Assembly: GCA_963745075.1 (NCBI GenBank)
Contig: CAVUWV010000009.1
Location: forward strand, 192,001-256,000
Direction of reading: 5' to 3'
Length of the DNA stretch: 64,000 nucleotides
Source of the DNA: Candidatus Hydrogenedentota bacterium
Lineage (GTDB): Bacteria; Hydrogenedentota; Hydrogenedentia; Hydrogenedentales; SLHB01
A model generated the notes under the pieces. The model worked only from the letters and a program-made list of their open reading frames with translations, made no database searches and had not been told where the DNA came from. The position numbers and the translations under genes are program-made. Positions within the stretch are counted from its first letter, which is position 1, and each line of letters opens with the position of its first letter. Shown here piece by piece: positions 38,945 through 50,141 of the stretch.

Positions 38945-40367
38945 TTATGCGGCACCGGCGGGTTTCACGTACGGAAACCCCTCATCCCCGGTTTCGTTGG
39001 CCCACTGCACCATGAGCGTACGGTGCCGATTCGAGCTTATCCTGATACGCCTCCACCCCCGCGAGGTTCTTCATCTCGCCGCGGTCGGCGGTCATGTCGA
39101 ACAACTGTTCCCGGTCTTCGCCGGCGTCGTACACGCAATATTTGAACTGTTTGGTGCGGATCATCCGGCCTCGCAAACCCAGCGGCGTGTCATTGCGGGA
39201 GAACATGGTTTCGACCGCGACGAATTCGCGGTCCAAGGTCGTCGTTTCGCCTGTTGCCAAAGGCCGCAACGACAGCCCCCGCATGGACGCCGGCGCTTTG
39301 GCGCCTGCGAAATCGAGTATGGTCGCCGGAATGTCCAGCGCCGTCGAAACCAATTCGGCCGACACCTGTTGCTTGATCGTGTCCGGCCAGGAGAGGATCA
39401 GCGGTACGCGCGTGGCTTCGTCGTAGAGGATCTGCTTTTGGTTCCAATGGTGCATCGCGACGCCTTCGCCATGGTCGGCGACGAAAAGGACCACCGTGTT
39501 ATCCGCGTAGCCCCCGTCACGCAGCGCCGCCAACACCTGCGCGATTTCCGCGTCCACCTTCTCGACCAGCCGGTAATATCCCCAGAGATACTGGCGCCAT
39601 TTCAGTTCGTCCCAATCCTGCGTGGGGTAGTGGTGGGGGATGGACTTCTGAACCGTGCGGATGGCGGACGGCTCGTTGAGCGGAACGGCGAAGTTATCCG
39701 GCAACGGCGGCAAATCCTCCAGCGTGTCCGGAGCGTCGGGAATCGGCCCATCCGGCAATTCCTGACCACGCGCCAACTCGCAGACGTTGTGGGGATTCAC
39801 ATAAGAAACCGTCAGGAAGAACGGCGCGTCGTGTTCGCGCTGGAGAAAGGCCAGCGCTGCCTCCGTCTTCTTCCCGTCCGGCTGATCTTCCGATGCTTCC
39901 GCATATCCCGCCGCTTCGAACGTAGTGCCGACGTGCCATTTCCCGATATACGCACATTCGTACCCGGCGTCGCCCATCAGATTCCCCAGCAGGGGGAAAT
40001 CGCCCTCGATCTTGCGGCGGTTGCTGACTGTACCAATCTCGTGGGGATACCGCCCGGTCTGCAAGCTCGAACGACACGGCGTACACAACGGCTGCGTCAC
40101 GTAGGCGCGTTCGAAGCGGGTTCCGCTGGCCGCCAGCGAGTCCATCGCCGGTGTTTTCAGGTAGCGATTCCCCGTGCAACTCATCGCCGATGCCGTCAAC
40201 TGGTCCGTCATGATCAACACGATATTCGGTTTGCCATGCAGCGCGCTTTCCGCTTCCGCAGCGAGTGAACGCGTCGCTGCAACGCCCGCGCCGGCGATTG
40301 CCGCCGAATAGGTCAAGAAATCGCGTCGTGTGAAATGCAGATCCTGTTTATGAGATTTTGTATTCAT
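38945..40367 (-). CDS. Sulfatase (Cys-type, formylglycine-dependent) with Tat signal; indel near 39040
   Basis: TRRDFL; PNIVLIMTDQ, CTPCR (CxPxR), GKWH, ADHGE; last ~28 aa in another frame ending at TAA 38945. Confidence 0.9.
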
Positions 40368-40551
40368 AAGCGGCAGCTCCAGTATGAGTCGCCCGAGGGG
40401 GCATGTACCCGACTATAGCAGTTTTGCCACGGGTAGCTTCACCGCGCGATTTGTGGAACGTTCGCCACCGCCCTTATGGAGATATAGACGATCTTGGCAC
40501 GCCCGTGTGCGTGATTCGGCCTCGCGCCACACCGAGGTTGTTAGAAGGATC

Positions 40552-40717
40552 AGAACATCCCCCTTGATCCCCCTTCAAAGGGGGAATTCGTACGGTCCCC
40601 GTGCATGGTGATGTGCAATATCACATGCTTCGATTCTAACCTGTTGTCCAGGGTTGGACGCAACGCAAAGCGTTGCGAACAACTCCCCCTTTGAAGGGGG
40701 ATCAAGGGGGATGTTCT
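40552..40717. mobile_element. 166-bp element family A, copy 2
   Basis: Terminal IR AGAACATCCCCCTTGATCCCCCTTCAAAGGGGGA; hairpin CGCAACGCAAAGCGTTGCG at 40659-40677. Confidence 0.88.
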
Positions 40718-40727
40718 TTTAGTTTTG

Positions 40728-41996
40728 TCAACGAATAATCTCAGTCCGGTCCCGAAGCCTTTTCGACGCCGGGCTCCCTCGTCCCACCGGAATCGTCGCC
40801 TCCACGAATCGCACCTGCCGGCGGTTGCGGTCGTAGACGAAGACGAGTCTGCCGTCGAGGACGATGCCGTTGGGGTAGGCCAGCCAGCCGCCGTGGAGGA
40901 CGTCGGCCTTGATGGACCACGATGCCAGTTCGTCGTCGCTGATCCAAATAGAGAGGGGGTCGCGTTGAATCATCTTGCCGCGTTCACCGCACGCGTTGTG
41001 GAGCAGGACAATCCGCGAATCGTCCAGGCGCAGAAGCTGGATAGACGACGTAGGATTCGGGATATCCGTCTCCCACGCGTCCGTCCACGTGCGGCCATTG
41101 TCACTGCTTTCGGCCCGCCAGAGATACCCGGCGTTCTCCGCGCGCATGAGCATCACGATACGGCCATCATGGAGCTGCACGCAGGTCGGTTCCAGCAACC
41201 CCAGCGGGCGGTTTGCGATATGTCCGTATTCGGACAACCCTGTGCCATCCACATTGGATGTCACATAAACACTCGTTCCGTGGAGGTACGCGAGGAATTT
41301 CGGCCCGATTCCGGGATTCCCCTCCGCGGGTGGAACGGCCAAAGCTTCCGATTCCGTGGTTGTATCCAGCAGCGTACTCACGGAACCCGTCAGCGGTTTT
41401 GGACGTTGGTCAAAGAACGAACCCGCGAATAAGTAATCCCCATCGGCAAGACGAATAGGTCCGCCAATGGCGGCGTGGGTATCATGAACCACAAACGGTT
41501 CCGGTGCGCTCCACGTGTGGCCGTTATCCTTGGAGATCAGGCGCGAATAGAACCACTGCGTGTACTCCTTTTCCGAAGGCCACTGCGCCGCGAATGCGAT
41601 GAGCCGGCCGTCGCTCGTCGCCCACATCGCGGTGCACGCGCCCGCCATGTCCCCGGCCGCAATGAACACCTCGGGCGCGCTCCACGTCTTGCCCTTGTCC
41701 GTCGAGCGGGCCATCAGCACGTTGTTGTCCGTGGCCGGTTCCGTGCCACTGCCGGACAACCACCAGCAAAGCAAGTCGCCGTTGGGCGCTTCCCGGACGC
41801 ACGCGCCGCAAGCAAGACGGTACACGACCCCATCGTGCTCCCACCCGGCGTCGCCGTCGAAGACGACACGTTCCGTCACTGAAATCTGACTCGATGGTGC
41901 GGTGTCCGTTTGTGATGCTTCACCACCTGCGTGCGCGCAGAATACGAACGCAAACGAAATGAATAACGGGAGAATCTGGGCGGGCGCTCGAACCAT
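40728..41996 (-). CDS. Sialidase-family (BNR/Asp-box) secreted protein
   Basis: STDKGKTW, SKDNGHTW, SSDNGRTW Asp boxes; EP, MR, AYP. Confidence 0.85.
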   Translation of the reverse strand: MVRAPAQILPLFISFAFVFCAHAGGEASQTDTAPSSQISVTERVVFDGDAGWEHDGVVYRLACGACVREAPNGDLLCWWLSGSGTEPATDNNVLMARSTDKGKTWSAPEVFIAAGDMAGACTAMWATSDGRLIAFAAQWPSEKEYTQWFYSRLISKDNGHTWSAPEPFVVHDTHAAIGGPIRLADGDYLFAGSFFDQRPKPLTGSVSTLLDTTTESEALAVPPAEGNPGIGPKFLAYLHGTSVYVTSNVDGTGLSEYGHIANRPLGLLEPTCVQLHDGRIVMLMRAENAGYLWRAESSDNGRTWTDAWETDIPNPTSSIQLLRLDDSRIVLLHNACGERGKMIQRDPLSIWISDDELASWSIKADVLHGGWLAYPNGIVLDGRLVFVYDRNRRQVRFVEATIPVGRGSPASKRLRDRTEIIR

Positions 41997-42956
41997 CTAT
42001 TGCGTCATCCTCTCGGATGTTCCCTCGTGGATTTTCGGACGGTAGAGGTCGCGCAATGCGTCCGCCACGGCCGGGAACTCGAATTCAAATTCTTCCTCCC
42101 GCAGACGGCGTGAGACGCAGTACCGGCCATAGAGCGCAAGATCCGGATCGGTTCGCATTACCAGCGGCGCGCCCAGACGAACCATCCAGGCCGCGGCGGG
42201 TAGGCCGAAAGGCACCCCGAGAATCCGTCTCAGTTCACGCATAAACTCCGCATTAGAAACCGGCTCCGGTGCAGTAGCCAGGTACGCTCCCCGCATGCCG
42301 TCATCCGTTATCGCGCGTACGAAAAGCCGGTTCATATCGTGTTCGTGTATCCAACTGATGCCTTGCCGGCCGTGGCCCACCTTTCCGCCCAACCCCCACC
42401 GAGCCAATGTCGCCAACCGTGGCAAGGCGCCGCCGCTACGTCCCAGCACGAAACTGGTCCGTAGAATCACTTGCCGCATCTGTGGGAGTACCGCGCGAGC
42501 AAACGCTTCCTCCCAGGCTTGGCCGACGAACGGTGCGAGCCCGTAGCCGAACGCCGAGTCCTCATCGCACACGCGGTCGGGGGGATCGCCATAGCGGTGC
42601 GCGGTCGACATCTGAACCCAAATCGGTGGAGGAGACTGAATCTCCCGAAGGGCTTGGCCGAGCACTTTCGTTGCCTCGACGCGGGAGCGCAGGATTTCGT
42701 CGCAGTGATCGGGGGTCTTGATGCAGTCCACCGTTCTTCCGACCAGATTCACCAACGCCGCGGCCCCATCGAGAACGCTCGCCCAATCTCCTGGACTGTG
42801 GCCGTCCCACGTGACGTGCCGCCATCGCGAATCTACCTCGGGCCGATTGCGCGAAAGCAACACTACGTCGCACCCGAACGCGGCAAGATGACGTGCCAGA
42901 TTCAATCCCAGGAAGCCCGTACCGCCGGCTATCACGATTCGTCCCGAGGGATCCAA
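41997..42956 (-). CDS. TIGR01777/YfcH-like NAD-dependent epimerase family protein
   Basis: [33 protein letters not shown]. Confidence 0.88.
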   Translation of the reverse strand: MDPSGRIVIAGGTGFLGLNLARHLAAFGCDVVLLSRNRPEVDSRWRHVTWDGHSPGDWASVLDGAAALVNLVGRTVDCIKTPDHCDEILRSRVEATKVLGQALREIQSPPPIWVQMSTAHRYGDPPDRVCDEDSAFGYGLAPFVGQAWEEAFARAVLPQMRQVILRTSFVLGRSGGALPRLATLARWGLGGKVGHGRQGISWIHEHDMNRLFVRAITDDGMRGAYLATAPEPVSNAEFMRELRRILGVPFGLPAAAWMVRLGAPLVMRTDPDLALYGRYCVSRRLREEEFEFEFPAVADALRDLYRPKIHEGTSERMTQ

Positions 42957-43066
42957 TTCATAGCTCCTACAACTCTAAAGTGTCACTTCATAGCTTCACG
43001 ACAAACTTCTCTGTCCCGACTGATTCAACGAGTCCTTCCACGGATAGTCCGTGACATCCCGCACCG

Positions 43067-43933
43067 TCACACCAGCGCAAACACCGGCGTGCTTTGGCTG
43101 CGAGTGTCCTCAAGAACGGTGGCAACGCCTGCTTCCGAAATGCCCAGCTTGGCCCAGATCTCCTGGTTGGCCAAGTTCTGCATCTTCTCCTCGGGAATCT
43201 CCGCCAAGTCCAACAACTCGGCTACGAGTTCGGCGACCCGCACAGCCTCGGCGGTTGTCTGGGCGTCCGGTGTGGCACGGTCCGGCTGGTTGTGCCACGT
43301 GACCGCATGCACGATAGTCTCCGGCAAATTCCAGTTCTCGAGCAATAGCCCACCAACCTGCCCGTGATCGAGCCCGAGGACCTCCCGTTCCGTGTCGGCC
43401 CAGGACACGTTCCCGCTTTCCGCCGCCGCTTCGACTTGGTCGTAGGCCTCCGCGAAACACTGGTCAAGGAGGAGCAACCCCACGTCATGAAGCAAACCGG
43501 CGATGTACGCGTCTTCCTCGAAGAGCGACGCGGACTGGGTCGCGGAGCGCGCCATGACGCGCCCGGCCACGGCCGTCGCCAAACTGTGGCGCCAGAAATG
43601 TTGGGGGTCCACGCGGCGAGCCAGTTTCCCAAAGGCGCGGATGAAAGCCGCCGCCGACACGACTTGGTGCACTTCCCGGAAGCCCAGCCGCACGATGGCG
43701 TCGCGAATGGAGACAATCGTCCCCGAAACGCTGCTGTAGAACATGGCCGAGTTCGCCACGCGAAGAACGTTGGCCGCGATGGCCGGGTCTTCCTCGATAA
43801 CGATGCCCACTTCCTCGGCGCTCACGGTGTCGCTGTGCAACATCCGCTCCAGTTCCATGATGATCGCAGGCAGCGTCGGCAAGTCTTCGATCGCACTCAG
43901 TTTCGCGGTAAGTTCATCTTGAAACGAGTCCAT
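43067..43933 (-). CDS. Stand-alone HDOD domain protein
   Basis: LPTLP, DPAIAANVLRVANS, FWRHS, AGLLHDVG, DHGQVG, WNLP. Confidence 0.92.
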   Translation of the reverse strand: MDSFQDELTAKLSAIEDLPTLPAIIMELERMLHSDTVSAEEVGIVIEEDPAIAANVLRVANSAMFYSSVSGTIVSIRDAIVRLGFREVHQVVSAAAFIRAFGKLARRVDPQHFWRHSLATAVAGRVMARSATQSASLFEEDAYIAGLLHDVGLLLLDQCFAEAYDQVEAAAESGNVSWADTEREVLGLDHGQVGGLLLENWNLPETIVHAVTWHNQPDRATPDAQTTAEAVRVAELVAELLDLAEIPEEKMQNLANQEIWAKLGISEAGVATVLEDTRSQSTPVFALV

Positions 43934-44241
43934 ACATATTCCCTCTTTCCAGCCTTACAATACACAAAAACTCTGCCCGTAGCTAAATGCGGGTACGTGG
44001 GAACATCCCAAGGCAAACGCACTAGAATTGTCCATGTCGCGTCGGTTTGACGAGTTTATGCCGGGCGCTCCCAGTTTGGCACAACCCGATCTATTTGCGA
44101 GGTTATTTCGTGCGAATGCCATGGGGGACACCGCCATCCAACGCCGTCGTCTCCGGCATCGTGGTAAACTTGAGTGTGGGTCCGTCGCTGGACCCCAAAA
44201 CCGCTGCCAAGACACGCACCTCAACACATAGGAGTCTTGTC

Positions 44242-44604
44242 ATGGTTGAGCCAATTCCCAATCTTCCCGATAACGTTCTCGGTTTTACTGCCAAAGGAAC
44301 GGTTACGGCAAACGACTACGATTCCGTCATCATTCCGGCGGTGGAGGAAATGTTCTCCACGCAGGGCAAAGTCCGGTTCCTGTATCACCTGGGCGAAAGC
44401 TTCGAAGGATTCGAAGCCGGCGCCATGTGGGATGACACGAAGTTGGGTCTGAAGCACATTACCGGCTGGGAGAAAATGGCCCTGGTATCGGACGTCACCT
44501 GGCTTCGCGGCGCACTCAAGATCTTCGGGTTGGCGATCCCGGGGCACGTTCGCGTGTTTCACAACAACGAACTCGCTGAAGCCAAGCAGTGGGTCAGCGA
44601 ATAG
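44242..44604 (+). CDS. SpoIIAA-like (STAS/SEC14) protein
   Basis: GTVTANDY, AMWDD, WEKMALVSD, EAKQWV. Confidence 0.88.
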   Translation: MVEPIPNLPDNVLGFTAKGTVTANDYDSVIIPAVEEMFSTQGKVRFLYHLGESFEGFEAGAMWDDTKLGLKHITGWEKMALVSDVTWLRGALKIFGLAIPGHVRVFHNNELAEAKQWVSE

Positions 44605-44768
44605 GCGGTATCGTACGAGAACCACCTGAGTCACGAGGTGTCCCGACTAATATCGATCCCGGAGGTTGCCTCGGCTTTAGTGAAATCGACAATTTGCCAT
44701 AATTTGCCGGTTCGCGAGCCAAGATATTCCCCCGTTCGGCGTGCACAGCCCGTACTGGAGATAATTTC

Positions 44769-44797
44769 TTGACAGACGATCTGCGCCTGTCTAGAAT
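44769..44797 (+). promoter_or_regulatory. Sigma70 promoter of the zinc-ribbon/TPR operon
   Basis: TTGACA-N17-TAGAAT. Confidence 0.7.
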
Positions 44798-44866
44798 TTG
44801 GGGTATAATGAATGGGCGGGAGCGTTTGCGACCGGATTGACGCCCAAGGGCATGGAGCGAAACGGG

Positions 44867-45034
44867 ATGCCAGGGATCACCTATGTCGCCGTCATGCTGG
44901 GCGCTATCGTGTTGATCGCCGTTATGGTAATACCGTCTCTGTTGCATAAGAAATGCCAGAAGTGCGGCACGAGGAATTCACTTGACGCCAAGCTCTGCTC
45001 AAGCTGCGGGGAGCCGTTCCCGACGGAAGGTTGA
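44867..45034 (+). CDS. Small TM + zinc-ribbon protein
   Basis: TM helix then CQKCG...CSSCG. Confidence 0.7.
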   Translation: MPGITYVAVMLGAIVLIAVMVIPSLLHKKCQKCGTRNSLDAKLCSSCGEPFPTEG

Positions 45035-45109
45035 TTGACGGTTTTCCAGGAGAAGAGGCTTGGCGTTTTGGGGGCGCGCGGACGCCCGTAAACCTATGAG
45101 GTGAACATC

Positions 45110-46711
45110 GTGGCAACTATGATCAACTGCCCCTACTGCGGCAAACTCACCGACCCTCAACTGGACAGTTGCGTTCATTGCGGTGGGTTCTTGAAGAAGC
45201 AGTCGGGGCGGCCCCAGCGGAAATCCTCGGCTCCCAGCCAAACCTGTCCATCGTGCGGCGCGCTGGTCCGCGACGGGGACATTATCTGCGTCGCATGCGG
45301 CACCAACCTTCTCACCGGTCAGAAAATCGCCGAAGAGCGAAAGAAGGGGGCGGTCGTCGAGTCCAAGAACCCGACTACCCTTATCATTTCTGCGATCGTT
45401 GCGATCATCATCGTCGTGCTGGGGATTCTAGTGATTGTGTATTTGACCCGCGATCCGGTGGCACGGGCGAAAAAACTGGACGAAGCGGGCCGTACTACGG
45501 AGGCGATTAGCCTGCTCGAAGCCCATGTATCCAAGAAGCCGGACGATGCGCGCGCCCAGTATGAACTTGGAAGCCTGTACTGGGAACTCGGCAATTTCCA
45601 GCCCGCGGCCCAGGCGTTTAAGACTGCGTTGGAGAAAGACCCTTCAAATCGTAAGGCGGGGATCTTCGCCGTTCTTAGCTACGCGCAGCTTAAGGGCGAT
45701 ACCAGCCGGACCGCACAAATCGCGATCCTGGAGGATATGGTCCGGCACGATCCCAACGACACCAAGGCCCTTTATTTGCTCGGTTTGGCCCGAGGAACTA
45801 CAGGAGACTATCTGGGGCAGGTCGACGCGTTGCGCCAAGCCACGGAGAAAGCGCCGTCCGACGCCGCGATAGAAGCGGCCCTTGGCGTCGGATTGGCCCT
45901 CGACCACCAGTACCCCGATGCGGAACAGGAATTGAAAGCCGCGCTCGCGCAAGACCCCGGCAACGGCGATATCCTCGCGGCGATGGGCCACCTGTCGGCA
46001 TTGCGCGGCGACGGGCCGACCGCCGCCGAGCAGTTGCGTTCCGCCGTGAATGACGGCACGTCGCTTGAAGGTAGCGCCTTGACCCGCTTGGGGTTGCTCG
46101 CGCTGCAGAACGGAAAAATGCCCGAAGCGCGCGTGCTGTTCGGCGAGGCTGTTGATAAGGGCGCTGACGATCCCGTGACCCGCTACTTCCAGGCCGTGTG
46201 CCTTGCCCAGCAAGGGCTCAGTGACGGCGCCATCAAGGCGTTCGATGAGTTGTCGCAATCCTCGGGACCGTTCGCCACAAGAGCGGCCATCCAATTGGCG
46301 CGGCTGCAATTGAAAAACCAGGATCCGGACAAGGCGCTGGAGGCCCTGAATCGAGTTACAGCCAATCTGTCCGGCACGCCGTGCGCCGAATTGGAAACGG
46401 TTCGTGGGCGTGTGTATTCCGCGCTCGGCGAAATGGATACCGCGCTTGATGCGTTTCGGAAAGCCGGCCAGTGCGACCCCAACTATCCGCCGGTTCATCT
46501 CGAAAACGGATTGGTCCAGGTTCAACGGAATAACCTGCCCGAAGGGATCCGTGAACTCCAACGATACATCGACTTAGTCAATCCGGACGATCCCAATTCC
46601 GGAGCCGGCCAAGTCCGCGGTTTGATCGAGCAGCTCAAGCAATCGGCGCATTCCGAAGCACCGGCAACCAGCGCGTCCGCGGTGCCCGTTACGCAAGGAG
46701 GCAACTCATGA
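45110..46711 (+). CDS. Double zinc-ribbon + TM + TPR repeat protein
   Basis: CPYC/CVHC and CPSC/CVAC, one TM, many TPRs. Confidence 0.85.
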   Translation: MATMINCPYCGKLTDPQLDSCVHCGGFLKKQSGRPQRKSSAPSQTCPSCGALVRDGDIICVACGTNLLTGQKIAEERKKGAVVESKNPTTLIISAIVAIIIVVLGILVIVYLTRDPVARAKKLDEAGRTTEAISLLEAHVSKKPDDARAQYELGSLYWELGNFQPAAQAFKTALEKDPSNRKAGIFAVLSYAQLKGDTSRTAQIAILEDMVRHDPNDTKALYLLGLARGTTGDYLGQVDALRQATEKAPSDAAIEAALGVGLALDHQYPDAEQELKAALAQDPGNGDILAAMGHLSALRGDGPTAAEQLRSAVNDGTSLEGSALTRLGLLALQNGKMPEARVLFGEAVDKGADDPVTRYFQAVCLAQQGLSDGAIKAFDELSQSSGPFATRAAIQLARLQLKNQDPDKALEALNRVTANLSGTPCAELETVRGRVYSALGEMDTALDAFRKAGQCDPNYPPVHLENGLVQVQRNNLPEGIRELQRYIDLVNPDDPNSGAGQVRGLIEQLKQSAHSEAPATSASAVPVTQGGNS

Positions 46712-48141
46712 ATTGGAGCCGCCCAATCGTCATCGTTACCGCTGTGACACTCGTCGCGCTGCCCACGGCGCTCGCGTGGGGTCCGAAGGCAAGCGTCGCC
46801 ATCGTCACGACGGCTTCCCGGCTGATATCGAAACAATCGGGCGTTCCGCTCGCCAATTTGGGCAAAGACGTCCAGCGCGGCGCATCCTTGTCCCAAAGTG
46901 AAATCGCGGACCTGATTCCCGGCGCGGATATGAACCCCGTCAACGCCATCGAATCGGAGATGTACCTGCTTGAAGCCGTACGTGGTTCGCGCGTCGATCC
47001 GTATTTTGCCTATCGCTTGGGCGCACTCGGCTCCCTGGTCGCCGAGGTGACGACGCCACTTCACGACGCGAACCCCACCTACCGCAATCTCTACTACGCG
47101 GACGTGGAGGCAAACATCAATCAAGCTACGCTTCAGAGTAAACCTCGAGTATCCGTTGATCCGGCCTCCTATTTCGCCGAAGCCGTCGGCAAAGCTCGGG
47201 ACCGTGCCGATCTCATCGTCAGCGACTACAAGGCGGGCATCGGATTCAAAGGTGTCGCGGGCACCGCCCTCTCCGAAGACGCGAGCCGTTCCGTGAATGC
47301 CGTCGCCGATGTGATGCTGACAGTTCTGCGGGGAAGCGTGACGGTTACGAACATCTCGCAAAACCAGATTCGTAATTACGTTCTGGACGCCATTCGGTTC
47401 TACATCGACCGCGATAACGACGCGGAGACGGAAGCGGCCTACGCCAAGCTGATGGACCTCGGCGTCACGACCGTGGATCTGCAGAAGCAAATCGGCGACA
47501 TGTTCTACGACGCCGGCAAATACGACCGCGCGATGAAAGAATACAAAGCGGTGCTGGAAAAGGCGCCGTCGCGGCGCGATGTCATCGAGCGGATCGCTGA
47601 TTACTACGTCCATGAAGGCGACGCGGCCCTAGCGGACAATGAACTCGAAGACGCGTTGAAGGCTTACAACGATGCGCTCGCTGTCGATATGCTGCATCCC
47701 ACGGCACAGTCGAAGAAGCTCGAAACGCAGGGCATGATCGCCGAACGCGACGCCCGTCAGCAAGCGGCGCAGAAAGCCAATACCAAGGGCGACGACTTGG
47801 TGCGCCAGGCCGATCAGTTGATCTTCAAGCAGGATTTCACCGATGCGTTAAGCCTGTTGCAACAGGCCAAAACCAGCTACGGCGAAGTCACCGACGAATT
47901 TCCCGACGAAGCCCGGAAATCGCGCGCCGGATTGTTGCAGGTCGCCCAGCGCATCAACACGCTGCAACGCGATGTTGTGTCGAATGCGGGCAGTTTGAGC
48001 GGCCTCGGTGCTTCGGCGACCATCGGCACGGAAGCGGAAGAAGCTGCAAAGTCCGTTGATGAATCGGCGCTGCAGCAGATGGTCCAAACCCGGTTCCAGG
48101 CGGAATTGGATAAGCTTCGGGCCGAAAACACGACCGAATAA
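46708..48141 (+). CDS. Secreted protein: degenerate phospholipase C/P1-nuclease-like N-domain + TPR
   Basis: Signal ALA-WGP; YRLGALGSLVAEVTTPLH; TPR-like helices; ATGA coupling to upstream gene. Confidence 0.7.
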   Translation: MNWSRPIVIVTAVTLVALPTALAWGPKASVAIVTTASRLISKQSGVPLANLGKDVQRGASLSQSEIADLIPGADMNPVNAIESEMYLLEAVRGSRVDPYFAYRLGALGSLVAEVTTPLHDANPTYRNLYYADVEANINQATLQSKPRVSVDPASYFAEAVGKARDRADLIVSDYKAGIGFKGVAGTALSEDASRSVNAVADVMLTVLRGSVTVTNISQNQIRNYVLDAIRFYIDRDNDAETEAAYAKLMDLGVTTVDLQKQIGDMFYDAGKYDRAMKEYKAVLEKAPSRRDVIERIADYYVHEGDAALADNELEDALKAYNDALAVDMLHPTAQSKKLETQGMIAERDARQQAAQKANTKGDDLVRQADQLIFKQDFTDALSLLQQAKTSYGEVTDEFPDEARKSRAGLLQVAQRINTLQRDVVSNAGSLSGLGASATIGTEAEEAAKSVDESALQQMVQTRFQAELDKLRAENTTE

Positions 48142-48174
48142 GACGTCCGGTCCCAAAGTACATACCGCAATGCG

Positions 48175-48198
48175 AGAGGCGGCAGAAATGCCGCCTCT
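48175..48198 (+). terminator. Putative terminator hairpin
   Basis: AGAGGCGGCA-gaaa-TGCCGCCTCT. Confidence 0.65.
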
Positions 48199-48329
48199 AT
48201 TCTTCCCCTTCTGCCGGGCGCTGACAATCGCTTCCCACAATTGCGCGGCCCCGCCATTGCATTTATCCCTCGGGGTCCCTAGTATTCCTTTCAAACTGTG
48301 ATCGCGGTGGTCATTGGGAGTCCGTACCT

Positions 48330-49979
48330 ATGCGTTTTAAGAATCGATATCTCCTCCTCACACTGGTCTTGACCCTGGTCCCCGTCGGCCTTGCCCAGAT
48401 GCAGCCAACCCAGACTTTGATGGTTCCCATGCAGGATGGCGTCAAACTCGCGACCGATGTCTACCTGCCCGAGGGCGACGGTCCGTTTCCCGTCGTCCTG
48501 ACGCGCACCTACTACCCGCGCACGCTGGGCGGGTCCTTTGGCGCAGTCTTTACCGGCAAAGGGTTGGCCTTCGTCATCCAGGACAATCGCGGCCGTGGTG
48601 ACAGCGAAGGGGAAGACCGCGTATTCGCCGACGATGGGTGGGGAAAACGAGAGGACGGGCTCGACACGGTAAACTGGATTCGGAAGCAGGAATGGTGCAA
48701 CGGCGACGTTGGCACCTTCGGCATGTCGGCATTGGCCATCACGCAATATCTGCTCGCCGGGACCGGCGTTGATCTGGAAGCCCAGGTAATCTGGGCCGGT
48801 TCCAGCGACTTCTACGGACAACTCTCCTACCGGGGCGGCGTTTTCCGGAAAAGCATGGTCGAAGGTTGGACCGCCGCAAACAAGTCGTCCCAAATCCTCC
48901 CCGAGTGGAAAGCCCATCCGTCGCGCGACGCGTTCTGGCAGGGGTTTGATTCGAACGCCCGCGCGGCCGAAGCCACGGCGCCTGCGCTCCACATCGGCGG
49001 CTGGTGGGACATTTTCGCCCAGGGCACCATCGATGCCTTTGTGGCGCGCCAGCATCACGGCGGCGACGGCGCGAAGGGCACGCAGCGTCTGGTCATGGGC
49101 GCCTGGACTCACGGCGGCGCGCCCCAAGACAAAGCCGGGGAGTTGCCGTTACAACCGAACTGGAAATTCGATTTCAACGGCGCGTCGATGACTTTTCTCG
49201 ATCATTATCTGCTGGGCGGCGAATCCGAAATCGCGGACGGCCCCGCCGTTCGGTACTACACCGTCGGCGATACCTCCGACCCCGACGCCCCCGGCAACGA
49301 ATGGCGAACCGCCAATGACTGGCCGCCCTTCGAGACCGTCGAGACGCCGCTGTACCTGGCCCCCGGCAAGACCTTGACCCGCGAACAGCCCGCGCAAGCC
49401 GAGCCCATCGCATACACCTTCGATCCCGCCAACCCCTGTCCCACCGTGGGCGGCTGCAATCTGATCTTACCCGCGGGCTCTTTCGACCAACGAAAACTCG
49501 CGGAGCGATCCGATGTATTGACGTTTGCGACCGAACCCCTCGATGCGCCCCTCGAAATCACCGGCCGCGTCAAGGTGCGCTTGTTCGTATCGTCCGACGC
49601 CCCCGACACCGACTTCACCGCCAAGCTCGTCGACATCTATCCCGACGGCCGGGCCATGTCCATGCTGGACGGTATCCAACGCGTGAAATACCGCAACGGA
49701 TTCGAGAAACCCGACCCCCTCGCCCCCGGAACCGTCAGTGAACTCGAGATCGACCTCTGGTCCATCAGCCTTATCGTCAACAAAGGCCACCGGATCGGCC
49801 TTTACGTCTCCAGCAGCAACTACCCCGCCTACGAAGTCAACCCCAACACCGGCGCTGACTTCCCCACCGAAGGCGGCGAACTCCGCAAAGCCGTGAACAC
49901 CGTCTACATGGACGCCGACCACCCCAGCGTCCTGCTGCTGCCGGTGCGACCCCAAGAGACGAAAGTCGCCAAGAAATAA
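48330..49979 (+). CDS. CocE/NonD family hydrolase
   Basis: DGVKLATDVYLP, QDNRGRGDSEG, GMSA, GGWWD, GAWTH, DTDFTAKLVD. Confidence 0.92.
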   Translation: MRFKNRYLLLTLVLTLVPVGLAQMQPTQTLMVPMQDGVKLATDVYLPEGDGPFPVVLTRTYYPRTLGGSFGAVFTGKGLAFVIQDNRGRGDSEGEDRVFADDGWGKREDGLDTVNWIRKQEWCNGDVGTFGMSALAITQYLLAGTGVDLEAQVIWAGSSDFYGQLSYRGGVFRKSMVEGWTAANKSSQILPEWKAHPSRDAFWQGFDSNARAAEATAPALHIGGWWDIFAQGTIDAFVARQHHGGDGAKGTQRLVMGAWTHGGAPQDKAGELPLQPNWKFDFNGASMTFLDHYLLGGESEIADGPAVRYYTVGDTSDPDAPGNEWRTANDWPPFETVETPLYLAPGKTLTREQPAQAEPIAYTFDPANPCPTVGGCNLILPAGSFDQRKLAERSDVLTFATEPLDAPLEITGRVKVRLFVSSDAPDTDFTAKLVDIYPDGRAMSMLDGIQRVKYRNGFEKPDPLAPGTVSELEIDLWSISLIVNKGHRIGLYVSSSNYPAYEVNPNTGADFPTEGGELRKAVNTVYMDADHPSVLLLPVRPQETKVAKK

Positions 49980-49998
49980 GGAAAGGATCACGCTACCG

Positions 49999-50080
49999 CG
50001 TAATTCTGAGCGCCAGCGAAGATTCTCATGGCAGTCGGGCGCAGGCGTAAAGAGTTTCTTCGCTGGTGCTCAGAATGACG
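49999..50080. repeat. REP-like long inverted repeat family E
   Basis: GTAATTCTGAGCGCCAGCGAAGA...TCTTCGCTGGTGCTCAGAATGAC. Confidence 0.8.
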
Positions 50081-50141
50081 GACAAAGCGCAGTCGAACGA
50101 CGAGCTCACTGGGACCGCCAGGCACCGGCCTTGCTCTTCAT

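Noticed and set aside
38865..40268. Long antisense or alternate-frame ORFs (e.g. 38865..40268+, 33104..34402+, 14979..16331-, 13499..14845-, 51546..52940+)
   Set aside because: They shadow well-supported genes; expected in GC-rich DNA and they lack recognisable motifs.
40495..40510. Sigma54-like TGGCAC...TGC site
   Set aside because: GG-to-GC spacing is off by one base from the strict -24/-12 requirement.
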